Part shown: positions 51,790 to 62,586 of the stretch, piece after piece
Position numbering within the stretch: position 1 is the stretch's first letter
How the letters are laid out: every line of letters begins with the position of its first letter
Origin: Candidatus Latescibacterota bacterium
Lineage (GTDB): Bacteria; Krumholzibacteriota; Krumholzibacteriia; WVZY01
Length of the DNA stretch: 64,000 nucleotides
Assembly (NCBI GenBank): GCA_963791045.1
Contig: CAWBQK010000003.1
Location: forward strand, 1-64,000
Direction of reading: 5' to 3'
Program-made: the position numbers and the translations under genes
The notes under the pieces: model-generated
Told to the model about the DNA's origin: nothing
Seen by the model: only the letters and a program-made list of their open reading frames with translations
Databases searched by the model: none

Positions 51790-54128
51790 TCAAGAATCCG
51801 CAATCGACGAACGAATCTCGCGGGCGGCCTCGACCATCGCGACCAGCGAGGGCCGGACCTCCTCCCAGCGCCGTGTCTTGAGCCCGCAGTCGGGATTGAC
51901 CCAGATCTGGTCGGGCGCGAGCACTTCGACGGCCTTTTCGAGCAGATCGAACCATTTCTTCGCGCGATGGGATACGCGGCGAATGGATATCGTAGACACC
52001 CGGGCCGATTTCGTTCGGGATACTGGAATTTCTGAAGGCCTCGAGAAGCTCCATCTGCGACCGCGACGCCTCGATAGAGATCACGTCGGCATCCATTCGC
52101 GCGATCGCCTCGATGATCTCGTTGAACTCCGAGTAGCACATGTGCGTGTGGATCTGCGTCTCGTCGCGGACACCCGATGAGGCCAGCCGGAACGCCTCGA
52201 CGGCCCAGCTCGAGATACGTCGTCCCATCGGTCGCCGGCGCAGCGGGAGTCCCTCGCGAATCGCCGGTTCGTCGATCTGGATGATCTGGATGCCGGCCGC
52301 TTCCAGATCGATTACCTCGTCGCGGATGGCGAGCGCGATCTGCCGGCATGTATCGCGAGCGGGGCTGATCGTCGCGAACGAACGACCACTGAAGAATCGT
52401 GACCGGCCCGGTGAGCATTCCTTTGACCGGTTGGTCGGTGAGCGACTGCGCGTACTGCGCCCAGTCGACGGTCATCGGGTCTGGGCGTTCGACGTCGCCA
52501 AAAATGATCGGCGGTTTGACACATCGCGATCCGTAGCTTTGAACCCAACCGTTCTCGGTGAACGCGAACCCGGACAGCTTTTCGCCGAAATATTCGACCA
52601 TGTCGTTGCGCTCGGACTCGCCATGAACGAGCACGTCGAGGCCTGACTTCTTCCTGGAAGCGGATGGTCTTTTCGATCTCTTCTTTGATAAAAGCCTCGT
52701 ACTTCGGCGTGTCCAGTTTGCCGCGTCCGATACGCCGCCCGCGCCTTGCCGGACCTCCGTGGTCTGCGGGAACGAACCGATCGTCGTCGTCGGAAACAGC
52801 GGCAGCCCGAGCGTTTCGCGCTGGACCTTTTGGCGTTCGGGGAAAGGCCGGTGCCGATAGAGCATATCGCTCGGACACGTCTTTGGCTCTTTTTTCGACG
52901 GTTCGGGGAGGTGAATGAGTGTCGACGATGGTCCTTCGTTCGTTGGAAAGCGGGTTGGTTCGAGCATATCCTTGACCGACGCAGCGCCATCATTCAAGGC
53001 CCGCGTCGAACGTTGTAATTTCGGCGAGTTTTTGTCTCGCAAACGCCATCCAGTCCATGATCTCGTCGTCGAGTTTTTCTCCAGTGCAAGATCGACGGGG
53101 AGTGGAGCAGAGAGCACGATGGGCCGACGATGACCCGTTCGGTGCCGATCGTGTCGATCGGCTTTCTCGAGAACTCCGAGCGTTTTCTCCAGATCGGCCT
53201 TCCAGATATTTCGGCCGTCGATTACCCAAGAGAAAGCGATCATGTCGCCGGGGACCGTTCAAGTATGGCGTCGAGCTGCTCCGGGAGCGCGGACGAGATC
53301 GATGTGGAGCCCGGCGACGGGGAGCTGCGAGTGTGGTCGAGATTGTCGGTAAGCGTCCCCGAAGTAAGTGGTCAATACAATCTTGAGGTCGGGCGCCGCG
53401 TGCGTCGAGGATCGTGAGTAGGCTGTCTTGAAAGCATCTTTGACGTCGGGATCGAGATCCAGGACGAGGCACGGTTCATCGATCTGAACCCAGGCCGCGC
53501 CGGCTTTGGAGAGGCGCTTCAAACGTCGTCGTATACAAAAAGAAGATCGTCGAGAAGGTCGAGAGGTTTGACATTGGGGGCCTTCGATTTGCCGAGAAGA
53601 AGAAACGATACGGGTCCGAGTAGGACGGGGCGTGTGTCGATTCCGAGCGATTTCGCCTCTTCGTACATGTCGATCGGACGAGTGGAAGCGAGCCTGAACT
53701 TTTGATCCTTCTCGAACTCGGGAACAATATAGTGATAGTTGGTGTCGAACCACTTGGTCATCGCCATCGCCGGCGCGCTCAACCCTTCGTCTTCACCGGC
53801 GCCGTCTGAATGTTTCTCCTGCACACCCCGCGCCATCGCAAAATATGTGGTCAGATCGACACGGTCGGTCGTCCCATGCGAAACGCTCGGGCACGGCGCC
53901 GACCATCGCGGCGGTGTCGAGGACGTGATCGTAAAGGGAGAACTCGTTCGACGGGATGTGGTCGATTCCGGCCTCTTTCTGGAGCCGCCAGTTGTCCTGC
54001 CGGATCGTTCGGCTCGCTTCATCGAGATCGGCTTCGCTGATCGCACCGGACCAGTATTTCTCGAGGGCCTTTTTGAGTTCACGTTTTGGGCCAATTCTCG
54101 GATAACCAAGTGTCGTAGCGAGTACCAT
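51790..54128 (-). CDS. metE: Cobalamin-independent methionine synthase (heavily frameshifted; sequencing error or pseudogene)
   Basis: [101 protein letters not shown]. Confidence 0.93.
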
Positions 54129-54326
54129 GCGTGTCCCTTTCTAAATGGTCTTCGGATAGGCTATTCTGGGACGGGTCGTGGCGCAGGATTCGAGTGAATC
54201 CGCAGCGATCGCTATCGCTCCGTTGCGCGCCGAGGACCTCCGAATCGGCGCCATCCCGTGGTCGATGCGCCGTCAATTCGGCGGCGTCGTAAGTGGCCCA
54301 AAATATATACAATGGAGAATCGGCGG

Positions 54327-55160
54327 TCAATGGGAGGTTTCGTAGCCGAGGGTGGCCATGCGGGAGCCGCAAATCCGCTCGATGGCGGCGAGATTGACCG
54401 GTCCGAAGAAATCATCCCAGCGGACGCCCTTGTCGCCGGCGGGCTGGAACTGGACGTCCACGCGGTGCGATACGTCGTGCATGGGTTCGAGGCCGAGTGT
54501 TCCTGCAAGAGCTTCGAGAGTCCCGATTTTGTCGCCCAGAAAGTTCTCGTATTTGACGAGGTGGATCGAATCGCTATTTTCGAGATACGAATCGGTCACG
54601 TAATTCCAGCGTTCGGCGAGCATTTCTATGTAATTGGCGCCCTCGAGGCCGAGCCAACGGCCGTCGATGATCAATTCCCACGCTCTTGTGATTTCACCGG
54701 AGTGGTCTTCGGTCAGCCGTTCGAGATTGCCTGGAATTTTGAGGCGGTTGAGAATGCTCCGGAAATTATCGCGAGGATCCCGGATCACCATGACAAACGT
54801 GGCCTGGGGAAAGTACTCGGCGAGTTCATCGTAAAACGCGGACAGGCTTGGCTCCTTAATGATCGGTCTCGAGAAGTCGAGTTTGTTCAGTGAGACGAAC
54901 TCGGCCATCGTGAGGCCGCCGGTTTTGACGCGATCGATTACCGGTTCTTTCATTTCCTTTTTCAGATCGAGCGTGGCGGGAACGCCGGTCATTTCGGAGA
55001 GCAGTGCGGCGATTGCCGTCGTGCCGGATTTCTGATTGCCCAGCATGACAATTGGGGCGGGATGCACGTGCGCTCTCATCGCGCGTACATGCGTCGCCAG
55101 TCGGTCGACAAAAAGACGCACCGAGCCGGGGAATGATTTCTTTTTAGTCGGCGATGTCAC
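54327..55160 (-). CDS. Sulfotransferase family protein
   Basis: 5'-PSB GNQKSGTT, IIKEP, 3'-PB VIRDPRDN, VKYENF; start approximate. Confidence 0.8.
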   Translation of the reverse strand: MTSPTKKKSFPGSVRLFVDRLATHVRAMRAHVHPAPIVMLGNQKSGTTAIAALLSEMTGVPATLDLKKEMKEPVIDRVKTGGLTMAEFVSLNKLDFSRPIIKEPSLSAFYDELAEYFPQATFVMVIRDPRDNFRSILNRLKIPGNLERLTEDHSGEITRAWELIIDGRWLGLEGANYIEMLAERWNYVTDSYLENSDSIHLVKYENFLGDKIGTLEALAGTLGLEPMHDVSHRVDVQFQPAGDKGVRWDDFFGPVNLAAIERICGSRMATLGYETSH

Positions 55161-56715
55161 TTGGCTCTCCCTGGGTTGCCGAACGCCCCTGTTTGAGTTC
55201 GCGGACGATCTCAGCGATGTCACGAACCGATTGGCGTCCGCGCGGCAGCGCTATCCAGATTATTATATAGAAAAGCGCGTAAAGAACAAAGTCGAGCATA
55301 AGCGACACACCCACGGGAGCCGTTATCGAGAAAACGAGCGATGCCAGGTAAAGACAGGCTCCTGCCGCGATCGACGCCGTGGCGGGTCTCCAGATCGCGA
55401 TGCCGAGGTCGGATACGCTGAGATGCGATCTGCGGAAGCAGTATACGATCGACGGGTACCTCAGAACGGTGAGCACGATACTGAAGGAGAGCGCCACACC
55501 GATCGGACCCCAGGGGAGAGCGATCACGTAAGCGAGAACCGTTGCCGCCGATGCAAAGAGTCCCCATGCAAGCTGGCGGCGTGTCGTTCCAAGCGACACG
55601 TATACCCACCCCGTCGCGACGTTAAACGCGCCGATGAATGCCGCCGGTCCCAGCGCGCGAAAGATCGGCACCGCGTCGAGCCACTGCGAACCGAGGATTG
55701 TCAGAATCGCTTTGTCCGCGACGACAAACAAAAATGCCACCACGGGCATTCCCGCGGTGACCGTGAGAAGGACGCCACGCCGGTAATATGAACGGTATCT
55801 CGCCGGGTCATTTTGAAGTCTGCTAAGGGCGGGAACGGCGACACTTGTTAGCGGTGAGTTAATTTGCTGTATCGGCAGCAAGAGAATCCGGTACGCATTG
55901 TTGTACAGACCCAGAGAGCTCGCTCCCGAGGACCAACCGATCAGCATCTTGTCGACGTTTCTCGCAAGATAGTTGACGATGTTAAAGCCGGTCAGGTGGG
56001 CTCCGAATGTGAGCATCGACCCCACGCCCGAGCCGCGGACGGGTCGACCGGGGCGCCATCCGCACGCCAGCCAGACGCCGGCCGTTGTTACGATTTCACG
56101 AATCACATGCAGGACGACGAGTGCCCAGTAACCCATTCCCGCGACGGCGCACGCAATGGCAATTATCGCCCCGATGAACATCGCCACGATCTCAATGACG
56201 GCGAGCGATGTGAATTTCATCTGACGGCGCAGAAGCGCCTGATGCTGGACCGTCAATCCGCTGAACAAAATTGTTCCCGCGAGGACAATGGTGATCGCGA
56301 CCACACGAGGTTCCTTGTAGAACCACGCGAGCAACGGGGAAATTGCCGCCGTAACTATCATTATCCCCGCGCTGATCAGCAGGTTTATCCAGAAGAGCGT
56401 GCTTACCTGGCCGTGCGAGATCTCGGCGCGCTGAACGGTCGCCATGGCTAGTCCCATGTCCTTGAAGATGGCGATAAAACCGATGATAACGATCACCATC
56501 GCGATAAGTCCGAAATCTTCGGGGGAAAGCAGCCTGGCGAGTACCGCCATCGAACCCAATGTGAGGAGAAACTTGAGCGCCTGGTTGGCAAGGGTAATTG
56601 CGCCGCCGCGAACCGAGCGGCCCCGGAGGTCGGCGTTGAGATGGTCAACGCGCAAGAACTGGTCGTGCCCGCGGCTCTGATTGTTTTCGGTTGGCGTTTG
56701 GGAATCCACGAACAC
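55144..56715 (-). CDS. Polysaccharide flippase, PST/WzxC family
   Basis: LARLLSPEDFGLIAM, DMGLAMATVQ, STLFW, GYWALV, LGLYNNAY. Confidence 0.9.
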   Translation of the reverse strand: MFVDSQTPTENNQSRGHDQFLRVDHLNADLRGRSVRGGAITLANQALKFLLTLGSMAVLARLLSPEDFGLIAMVIVIIGFIAIFKDMGLAMATVQRAEISHGQVSTLFWINLLISAGIMIVTAAISPLLAWFYKEPRVVAITIVLAGTILFSGLTVQHQALLRRQMKFTSLAVIEIVAMFIGAIIAIACAVAGMGYWALVVLHVIREIVTTAGVWLACGWRPGRPVRGSGVGSMLTFGAHLTGFNIVNYLARNVDKMLIGWSSGASSLGLYNNAYRILLLPIQQINSPLTSVAVPALSRLQNDPARYRSYYRRGVLLTVTAGMPVVAFLFVVADKAILTILGSQWLDAVPIFRALGPAAFIGAFNVATGWVYVSLGTTRRQLAWGLFASAATVLAYVIALPWGPIGVALSFSIVLTVLRYPSIVYCFRRSHLSVSDLGIAIWRPATASIAAGACLYLASLVFSITAPVGVSLMLDFVLYALFYIIIWIALPRGRQSVRDIAEIVRELKQGRSATQGEPSDIAD

Positions 56716-56822
56716 GTCTAAGAAAAGGTATACGTCTATTACATAGTGATTTATCTCAACTGTTCGAGACGATAGACGAATACGTGTTGAAGGTCAAGCG
56801 CACTTGACGGTAGCATGAAGCC

Positions 56823-57848
56823 ATGTTGAAAACCGGTATCGTACTCGATCCCCGTTATCAGGATCATGAAGTGACCCACGCCCATCCGGAATGCCCGGAG
56901 CGGATCGGGGCGCTTGTTGATATGATGCGCTTCTACCGTCGGGATGGTTTGGTGCGCATCGAACCCCGCCGGGCGACGATCGAACAACTCGCGTTGATTC
57001 ATGACCCGGCCTACATCGACCATGTCCGTGCCACGTCGGGGGAGCCCCATATTGCTTTCGATCCCGACACACATGCGTTTGCAATGACCTACGTTACCGC
57101 GCTGCTTGCCGCCGGCGGTTTCCTGGAACTGCTCGACAAGATCATGTGCCGCGACGTGGACAACGGGTTCGCGATGGTGCGCCCTCCCGGTCACCATGCC
57201 GAGGCCGAACGAGCGATGGGATTTTGTTTCTTTAATAACGTGGCGATCGGCGCGCGTTATCTTCAGAGGGAATATAATCTCGAACGGATACTGATAATGG
57301 ATTGGGACGTTCATCATGGCAACGGAACCGAACGGAGTTTTTACTCGGACAAGAGTGTTTTGTATGTGTCGGCACATCAGTCCCCACACTACCCGGGGAC
57401 GGGCGCAGTCGAGGATGTGGGGAAGGGCGATGGCAAAGGGTATACGGTCAACATTCCATTAAGGGGTGGATTTGGCGACGAAGAGTATATGGATTGTTTC
57501 CGCGAGATCGTCGAGCCGGTTTGCCGCAGTTTTGATCCTGATTTCGTTTTGATTTCGGCGGGGTTTGACTGTCACGTTCTTGATCCGCTCTCAAGTATGC
57601 GTGTGACCGCGGCGGGGTTTGCCGATATGGCCGACAGCCTTCTCGGGATAGCAAGTGAGTGCGCCGATGGCCGCTGTGCTGCCGTCCTGGAGGGTGGGTA
57701 CGACCTGACGGCTTTGAAGGAATCGGTGGCGGCTGTTCTCGATTCGTTCGCCGGCGGAGAACGGCGGGTGGATGCCGCAATCGAGAGCCAGGCCGCGGCG
57801 ACGGTTGACGCGATCAAGAGGGTGCAGAGTTTGTACTGGTCGTTGTGA
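56823..57848 (+). CDS. Histone deacetylase family (class II-like) protein
   Basis: HPECPER, RPPGHHA, GFCFFNNVA, DWDVHHGNGT, SAGFD, LEGGY. Confidence 0.95.
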   Translation: MLKTGIVLDPRYQDHEVTHAHPECPERIGALVDMMRFYRRDGLVRIEPRRATIEQLALIHDPAYIDHVRATSGEPHIAFDPDTHAFAMTYVTALLAAGGFLELLDKIMCRDVDNGFAMVRPPGHHAEAERAMGFCFFNNVAIGARYLQREYNLERILIMDWDVHHGNGTERSFYSDKSVLYVSAHQSPHYPGTGAVEDVGKGDGKGYTVNIPLRGGFGDEEYMDCFREIVEPVCRSFDPDFVLISAGFDCHVLDPLSSMRVTAAGFADMADSLLGIASECADGRCAAVLEGGYDLTALKESVAAVLDSFAGGERRVDAAIESQAAATVDAIKRVQSLYWSL

Positions 57849-57854
57849 CGCGGG

Positions 57855-60260
57855 TCAGCGTATCCGAGACGTATCCGGTTTTGCCTGCTTGTTTGAAGGG
57901 AAGAGGTCTTTTAAGTATTTGTTTTTGAGTTTGTCGAGACCGTCGCCTACCAGCGCTTTGCCGACCAGGTCTTTTATATAGTCCGAATCAGGTCTGACGC
58001 TTATTCCCGATATATTTCCGCCCAGCAGAACCGGAACCTCCACCTCTCCGCGCTCATTCGTCAAATACGAGATCGCCTTGTAGTTCCGTATCAGATCGTC
58101 CGTGAGCCGCTTGGAAATGGTGAACGTCGCCGTCATATCGAGGCTTCGGTCAAAACCAATCGCTCCCTTGCCTTTGATTTTGTAATCCTCATGTTTGAGG
58201 ACGAGGTTTCTGGCGAGAATCCGCCCGTTGTCGACCACGAAATCACTATTCAGATTTTCGATGAGCGTGTTCTTCTCCGCGAACACCTTTGGGTATTTTT
58301 GTTTGACGGCGTTTGGCACGAGATTGCTCATGCCCGTGTATGAACTTATTTCGTCGAGAATCGAATTCGCGATATTGATGTCGATGAGTTCGCCCTCGAA
58401 GATTTCCGCCAGACCGTCTCCGCTCAATGTCTTCTGAGTGTCCTCCCATTCTTTCCCCTTGCCCGAGATGTTCAGGTTGAGGTTGGCCTTGCCGCGGAGG
58501 CTTTGGCGAACCGAACCGGGGAGCGCCGTCATCAACTGGATCACGTCAACGTCCGTCGCTTTCAAGCGCAGGTCGAACGAATTGGTATCGTCGCCCGCTT
58601 CGATGAGACCGCTTCCAGTCAGGGTACCGTCCAGCGCGCGCAGCCGCACGTTGTCGATCCGCGTCTTTTTGCCGATCATTGTGTATGTCGCGTCGAGTTC
58701 GCGATAGTCGATGTCGGAGATGGTGCCGTCGGCAGACTTGAGGACTCCATTGCCGGCGGGTGTTTCGCCCATGATCATTCGACCGCTCGCCCTCACGTTT
58801 CTGAGTACTTCGGGCTTTTTTAAGTTGGGTTGTGGCGGGCGGATGTCGGCAAGGGCCGCCTGGGATGAAGTCGCCTGATACTCTACTGTCGGCGGGTCAA
58901 ACCCATTGACCGTTCCTTTGCCCTCGACGGTCGTCTCACCAAGACGGAACGACATCTGTTTGATTTCGGCTTTGTCTTTGGCAAATGCAATTTCCGTTCT
59001 TATTTCGGTCAGTGGCTTCATCAGTTGGGGAAGAGTCGCCGCCGCGTCGGTTAGTTTGACGGTGCCGGTTATGTCGGGTTGGATCCCCTCGCCGAGGATG
59101 CCTTTGATTCGGGCGGTGAGGGCGGCATTGCCCGACAGTTTATAGGAAGCGACCATCGGGACGATTGTTTCCCAACCGGCAAGAGCGATGTCCCGCGCGT
59201 CGACGGTCACATCGATCGAAGGTGTCTTGCCGAGTGTGTACAATCCTTTTGCGGACGCCGCGAGCTCGCCAAAAATTATGGACGCGTTATCGATTTTCAG
59301 GGTTTCTCCAGCGAATTGCGTGTCGGCATCTATTGCCAGCGGAACACCGGCAGGTTTATTAAAACCTTGCGGTCCGGAAACCTGAAGATCGGCGCCGTTC
59401 AAACCGATTTGAATTGTCATCTCGGCGGGCGTTCCTTTGACGGCCGTTCGAAGAGCCAAGGGTCCCTCTATCTTGACGTCGGGCGGGATCGACTTCGCCA
59501 TTTGCTTGAAGGCGCCCAGTGTTGTTGTAACGTCTATCGGATTGAGTTCAATTTCGAGTTCGAACGGCGTCGACATTGGATCTCCGCCATCGACAGGCAC
59601 CGGGCCGAAGGATCCCTTTATTGCCGTGTTTTTCTCATCGCTCAGAAACGCCGCCTCGAGATTGAGGTCGATGGGCTTTTCGAGATCGAGATCCTTGACT
59701 GATGTTTTTATTTTTTGGACGCGGAGATCCAGCTCTTGCGCGTGATCGACATAGTGAATCTCGCCGTTCTCGATGCTCGCAATGCCGACGACGAGAGGAA
59801 TAGCCGCGGCCGCTTGCCCCGTCCCCGATCCCGATACAGACGCTTGAGAGGCCTGGTTGGATTCGCCGGCTCCGCTGAAAGAGTTGAAGTTGAACACGCC
59901 TTGCTTGTTGCGGATGATCTGGATGACGGGGTCACGGAGAACGATGCGTTTAATTTGGAAATCTTTTTTGAGGAGCGGGAGGAGTTTGGCGTTCACCTGG
60001 AGATACGCCGCCGTGACGAATGGTTCCGACGAAAAGTCCGGGTCGTCCGCCACGACAAAGTTCTCGAGACGCACACCGAGTCCGCCCCGTAGTGTAACAC
60101 CGATATCGCCGATCGAAACCTTGCGGCCAAGAGCCGTTTCTGCCCGCGTTAAGATGAAATCTTTGTTCTTGTTGACGATGCCCTCGAGGTTCATAACGAG
60201 GAGCGCGATCGCGCCGACGATGACGACGAGGATTATAGCGACGACGAGGAACTTTTTCAT
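57855..60260 (-). CDS. AsmA family protein
   Basis: N-terminal TM, LGRKVSIG, VNAKLLPLL, AsmA-like C-terminus (LSGDG...GEL...IN, GKGAIGFDRSLD). Confidence 0.85.
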   Translation of the reverse strand: MKKFLVVAIILVVIVGAIALLVMNLEGIVNKNKDFILTRAETALGRKVSIGDIGVTLRGGLGVRLENFVVADDPDFSSEPFVTAAYLQVNAKLLPLLKKDFQIKRIVLRDPVIQIIRNKQGVFNFNSFSGAGESNQASQASVSGSGTGQAAAAIPLVVGIASIENGEIHYVDHAQELDLRVQKIKTSVKDLDLEKPIDLNLEAAFLSDEKNTAIKGSFGPVPVDGGDPMSTPFELEIELNPIDVTTTLGAFKQMAKSIPPDVKIEGPLALRTAVKGTPAEMTIQIGLNGADLQVSGPQGFNKPAGVPLAIDADTQFAGETLKIDNASIIFGELAASAKGLYTLGKTPSIDVTVDARDIALAGWETIVPMVASYKLSGNAALTARIKGILGEGIQPDITGTVKLTDAAATLPQLMKPLTEIRTEIAFAKDKAEIKQMSFRLGETTVEGKGTVNGFDPPTVEYQATSSQAALADIRPPQPNLKKPEVLRNVRASGRMIMGETPAGNGVLKSADGTISDIDYRELDATYTMIGKKTRIDNVRLRALDGTLTGSGLIEAGDDTNSFDLRLKATDVDVIQLMTALPGSVRQSLRGKANLNLNISGKGKEWEDTQKTLSGDGLAEIFEGELIDINIANSILDEISSYTGMSNLVPNAVKQKYPKVFAEKNTLIENLNSDFVVDNGRILARNLVLKHEDYKIKGKGAIGFDRSLDMTATFTISKRLTDDLIRNYKAISYLTNERGEVEVPVLLGGNISGISVRPDSDYIKDLVGKALVGDGLDKLKNKYLKDLFPSNKQAKPDTSRIR

Positions 60261-60462
60261 GAAAGACGGATCTCCTTGTTTGATGCGCTTTGCTTTTGGC
60301 CCAGCGCGGCTGTGTCCGAGGCAACACCTGCGATCTGCCTTGGGCTCGCACTACGCTGCGCTAGGGTCCTGTCATCGGATACCCCCGTAGGATAGATAAG
60401 CTACGGGTGGTGTCAAGCAAAGAGAGAGCCAGAGCGGGGGAGTAAGGCCGAATTGGCGGATG

Positions 60463-61176
60463 CTAATCGTGGATGTTGGCGATTCTGACGAGTTTTGGGA
60501 TGTCCAGGAGGTGGATCTTCTTTTTCTCAGTGGTAATCAGGTTCTCTTTCTTGAACTCGGCGATCGTGCGGACGAGCGTCTCGATGGCGGTTCCGACCAT
60601 TCCCGCGAGTTCTTCCCGGGAAAGCCTGATGTTGAGGGTCGAGCTGTCCCCATCCTCCGTGCCGTAAGTTTCCTTCAAGACAATGAGTGCCTCGGCGAGA
60701 CGTTCGCGGACGGGTCGTTGCGCGAGGTGGACGATCTGCTCTTCGGCTCGCCGGAGTTCCCCGGTCAGAAGATCGATGATCCGCATGGAAAATTCGCCGT
60801 CGGCCCGAAGCAGTTTGAAAAACGTCTCCTGGGGGATGCAGCACACCACGGACTCTTCGAGCGCTGCGGCCGAAACGGTTGAAGGGCCCCCGGTCAGTAG
60901 TGAGCGGTAGCCGACGACGTCGCCGTTCTTCGCGAGACGCATGATCTTCTCGCGGCCTTCGTCACCGGTTTTGTAAACTTTGACTTTTCCCTTGTGGATG
61001 CAAAATAGGCCGGTCGGTGGAATCCCTTCGGAGAGAATGACCTGGCCCTTTTTGTAAATGTAGCACGCCTTTGTTGCGTCAAGCGCTTCGAGCGAGTAGC
61101 CGTCAAGGTCCGAAAGGATGGACTTGATGCGGAACTCGCACTCTGTACAATACGGTTTGTGGTACTGCTGGGTCAT
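60463..61176 (-). CDS. Crp/Fnr family transcriptional regulator with N-terminal Cys cluster
   Basis: CTEC, YKKGQVILSEG, GKVKVYK, VRERLA, LSREELAGMVGTAIETLVR. Confidence 0.92.
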   Translation of the reverse strand: MTQQYHKPYCTECEFRIKSILSDLDGYSLEALDATKACYIYKKGQVILSEGIPPTGLFCIHKGKVKVYKTGDEGREKIMRLAKNGDVVGYRSLLTGGPSTVSAAALEESVVCCIPQETFFKLLRADGEFSMRIIDLLTGELRRAEEQIVHLAQRPVRERLAEALIVLKETYGTEDGDSSTLNIRLSREELAGMVGTAIETLVRTIAEFKKENLITTEKKKIHLLDIPKLVRIANIHD

Positions 61177-61418
61177 TTTTTATTTTTATCTTGCTTTTGA
61201 GTGAAGATGGGCGCCGGGTCGGACCGTGAGCCTGATCTCGGTAGCGACCGTCGGCTCCGTCCGCTCGACGGACGCGGCGCGAAGCACCTGCACAGTTGTC
61301 AATTATACAACATTTTGGTTCTTTTTATAAGTTTTTCCCTGACGGGGGATAATATAGCCTCGGAGGCCGGACTGTCAACGTTCACACAAGACCCGGTCGG
61401 AAATGTCCGGTGGCAAGA

Positions 61419-62348
61419 CTACATATACTCGTCCGCGTCGGACGCGGCCCCCTCCGGGGCCCCTCGCCAGAAATCCAGAATCCTCGCGCCGAGAAGGATT
61501 AATATCGCGAGGAGGTACATCCACGTCAGAAAAACCGCCGCACCGCCGAGTGCGCCGTATATCGCCTGGCGCCGCGAGAGTCCCGCCGTGATCAACGTGC
61601 CCAGCTGCTGAAGAACGGACCAGGAGCCGGTCACGGCAAGTGAGATTACGACCGCGTGAAAGAGCTTCGGTGGTTTGACGGGGAGTGTCATGTAGAGCAC
61701 CAGGAGAAATATCGCGAACACCCACACGGAAAAATACTTCCCCGTAATTTCGATAAGCGCCGGGTTCTTTTGAAAAATAGGAAGAGTCGCAAAGAGTTTG
61801 ATCGAATAACCCGCAACGGCGGACACGGAGAAGAAGAGAATGGCCCCGACAATGTAAGCGAACGAGATAATCCGCCCCGTGAAGAAGCCGACCTTTTTCT
61901 TGGTGCCCATGACGGCGTTTATGCTTTCATCGAGCGCGTCAAAAAGTCCCATGGCCACAAGAACGAGCGAGAAGAGGCCGAGCAGTCCAAGCGCCTGCCA
62001 GTTCGACGCCGCGGTGTAAATTTGTTCGAGAAGTTTTTCGCCGGACCCCGGAGGAAGTATTTCGAGGACGTATGCGTGGATCTCGTTGGATATCCCCGGG
62101 TTGGTTCGAAGAAAGTACCCGCTGGTCGACGCTATGAGAAAGAGGAACGGGATCAATCCCAACAAGAAATAAAACGCGAGTCCCGCCGCCATCATCGGGA
62201 CGCGGCGTTCGAAAAAGCCGTCCCACGCACGTTGGATCGCGCGCAACAAGCCCATGACAATGTCCTTTGCCGAGCGCGCGGCTTTTGTCGCTTCTTTCCC
62301 GACCTCTCTCGGGCCGAGAGGCGGTTTGTTTTGGAACTGTAGCTTCAC
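61419..62348 (-). CDS. YihY/BrkB family membrane protein
   Basis: AAGLAFYFLLGLIPFL, IYGALG, WMYLLAILILLGA; start could be 62255. Confidence 0.85.
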   Translation of the reverse strand: MKLQFQNKPPLGPREVGKEATKAARSAKDIVMGLLRAIQRAWDGFFERRVPMMAAGLAFYFLLGLIPFLFLIASTSGYFLRTNPGISNEIHAYVLEILPPGSGEKLLEQIYTAASNWQALGLLGLFSLVLVAMGLFDALDESINAVMGTKKKVGFFTGRIISFAYIVGAILFFSVSAVAGYSIKLFATLPIFQKNPALIEITGKYFSVWVFAIFLLVLYMTLPVKPPKLFHAVVISLAVTGSWSVLQQLGTLITAGLSRRQAIYGALGGAAVFLTWMYLLAILILLGARILDFWRGAPEGAASDADEYM

Positions 62349-62586
62349 GCGGTATCCCCGGCTTCCGAGTCGTTGCAAAATGGTCTCGGCCCACTGAGAT
62401 CAAACCGCGGGCCGTGATTGTTCGGACGGGACAACCATAAAGGTATCCGGTTGTTCCGTCAACACCCCCGTTTTCCGACCACGGATGTTAACAAGTCGAT
62501 TTGGGCTTTCATCGATCTCTGCTTTTATATATTCTTTCGATTGATCAACACACGCCTTCTCCGGCCATTTGGAAGGGACGGTGGCT

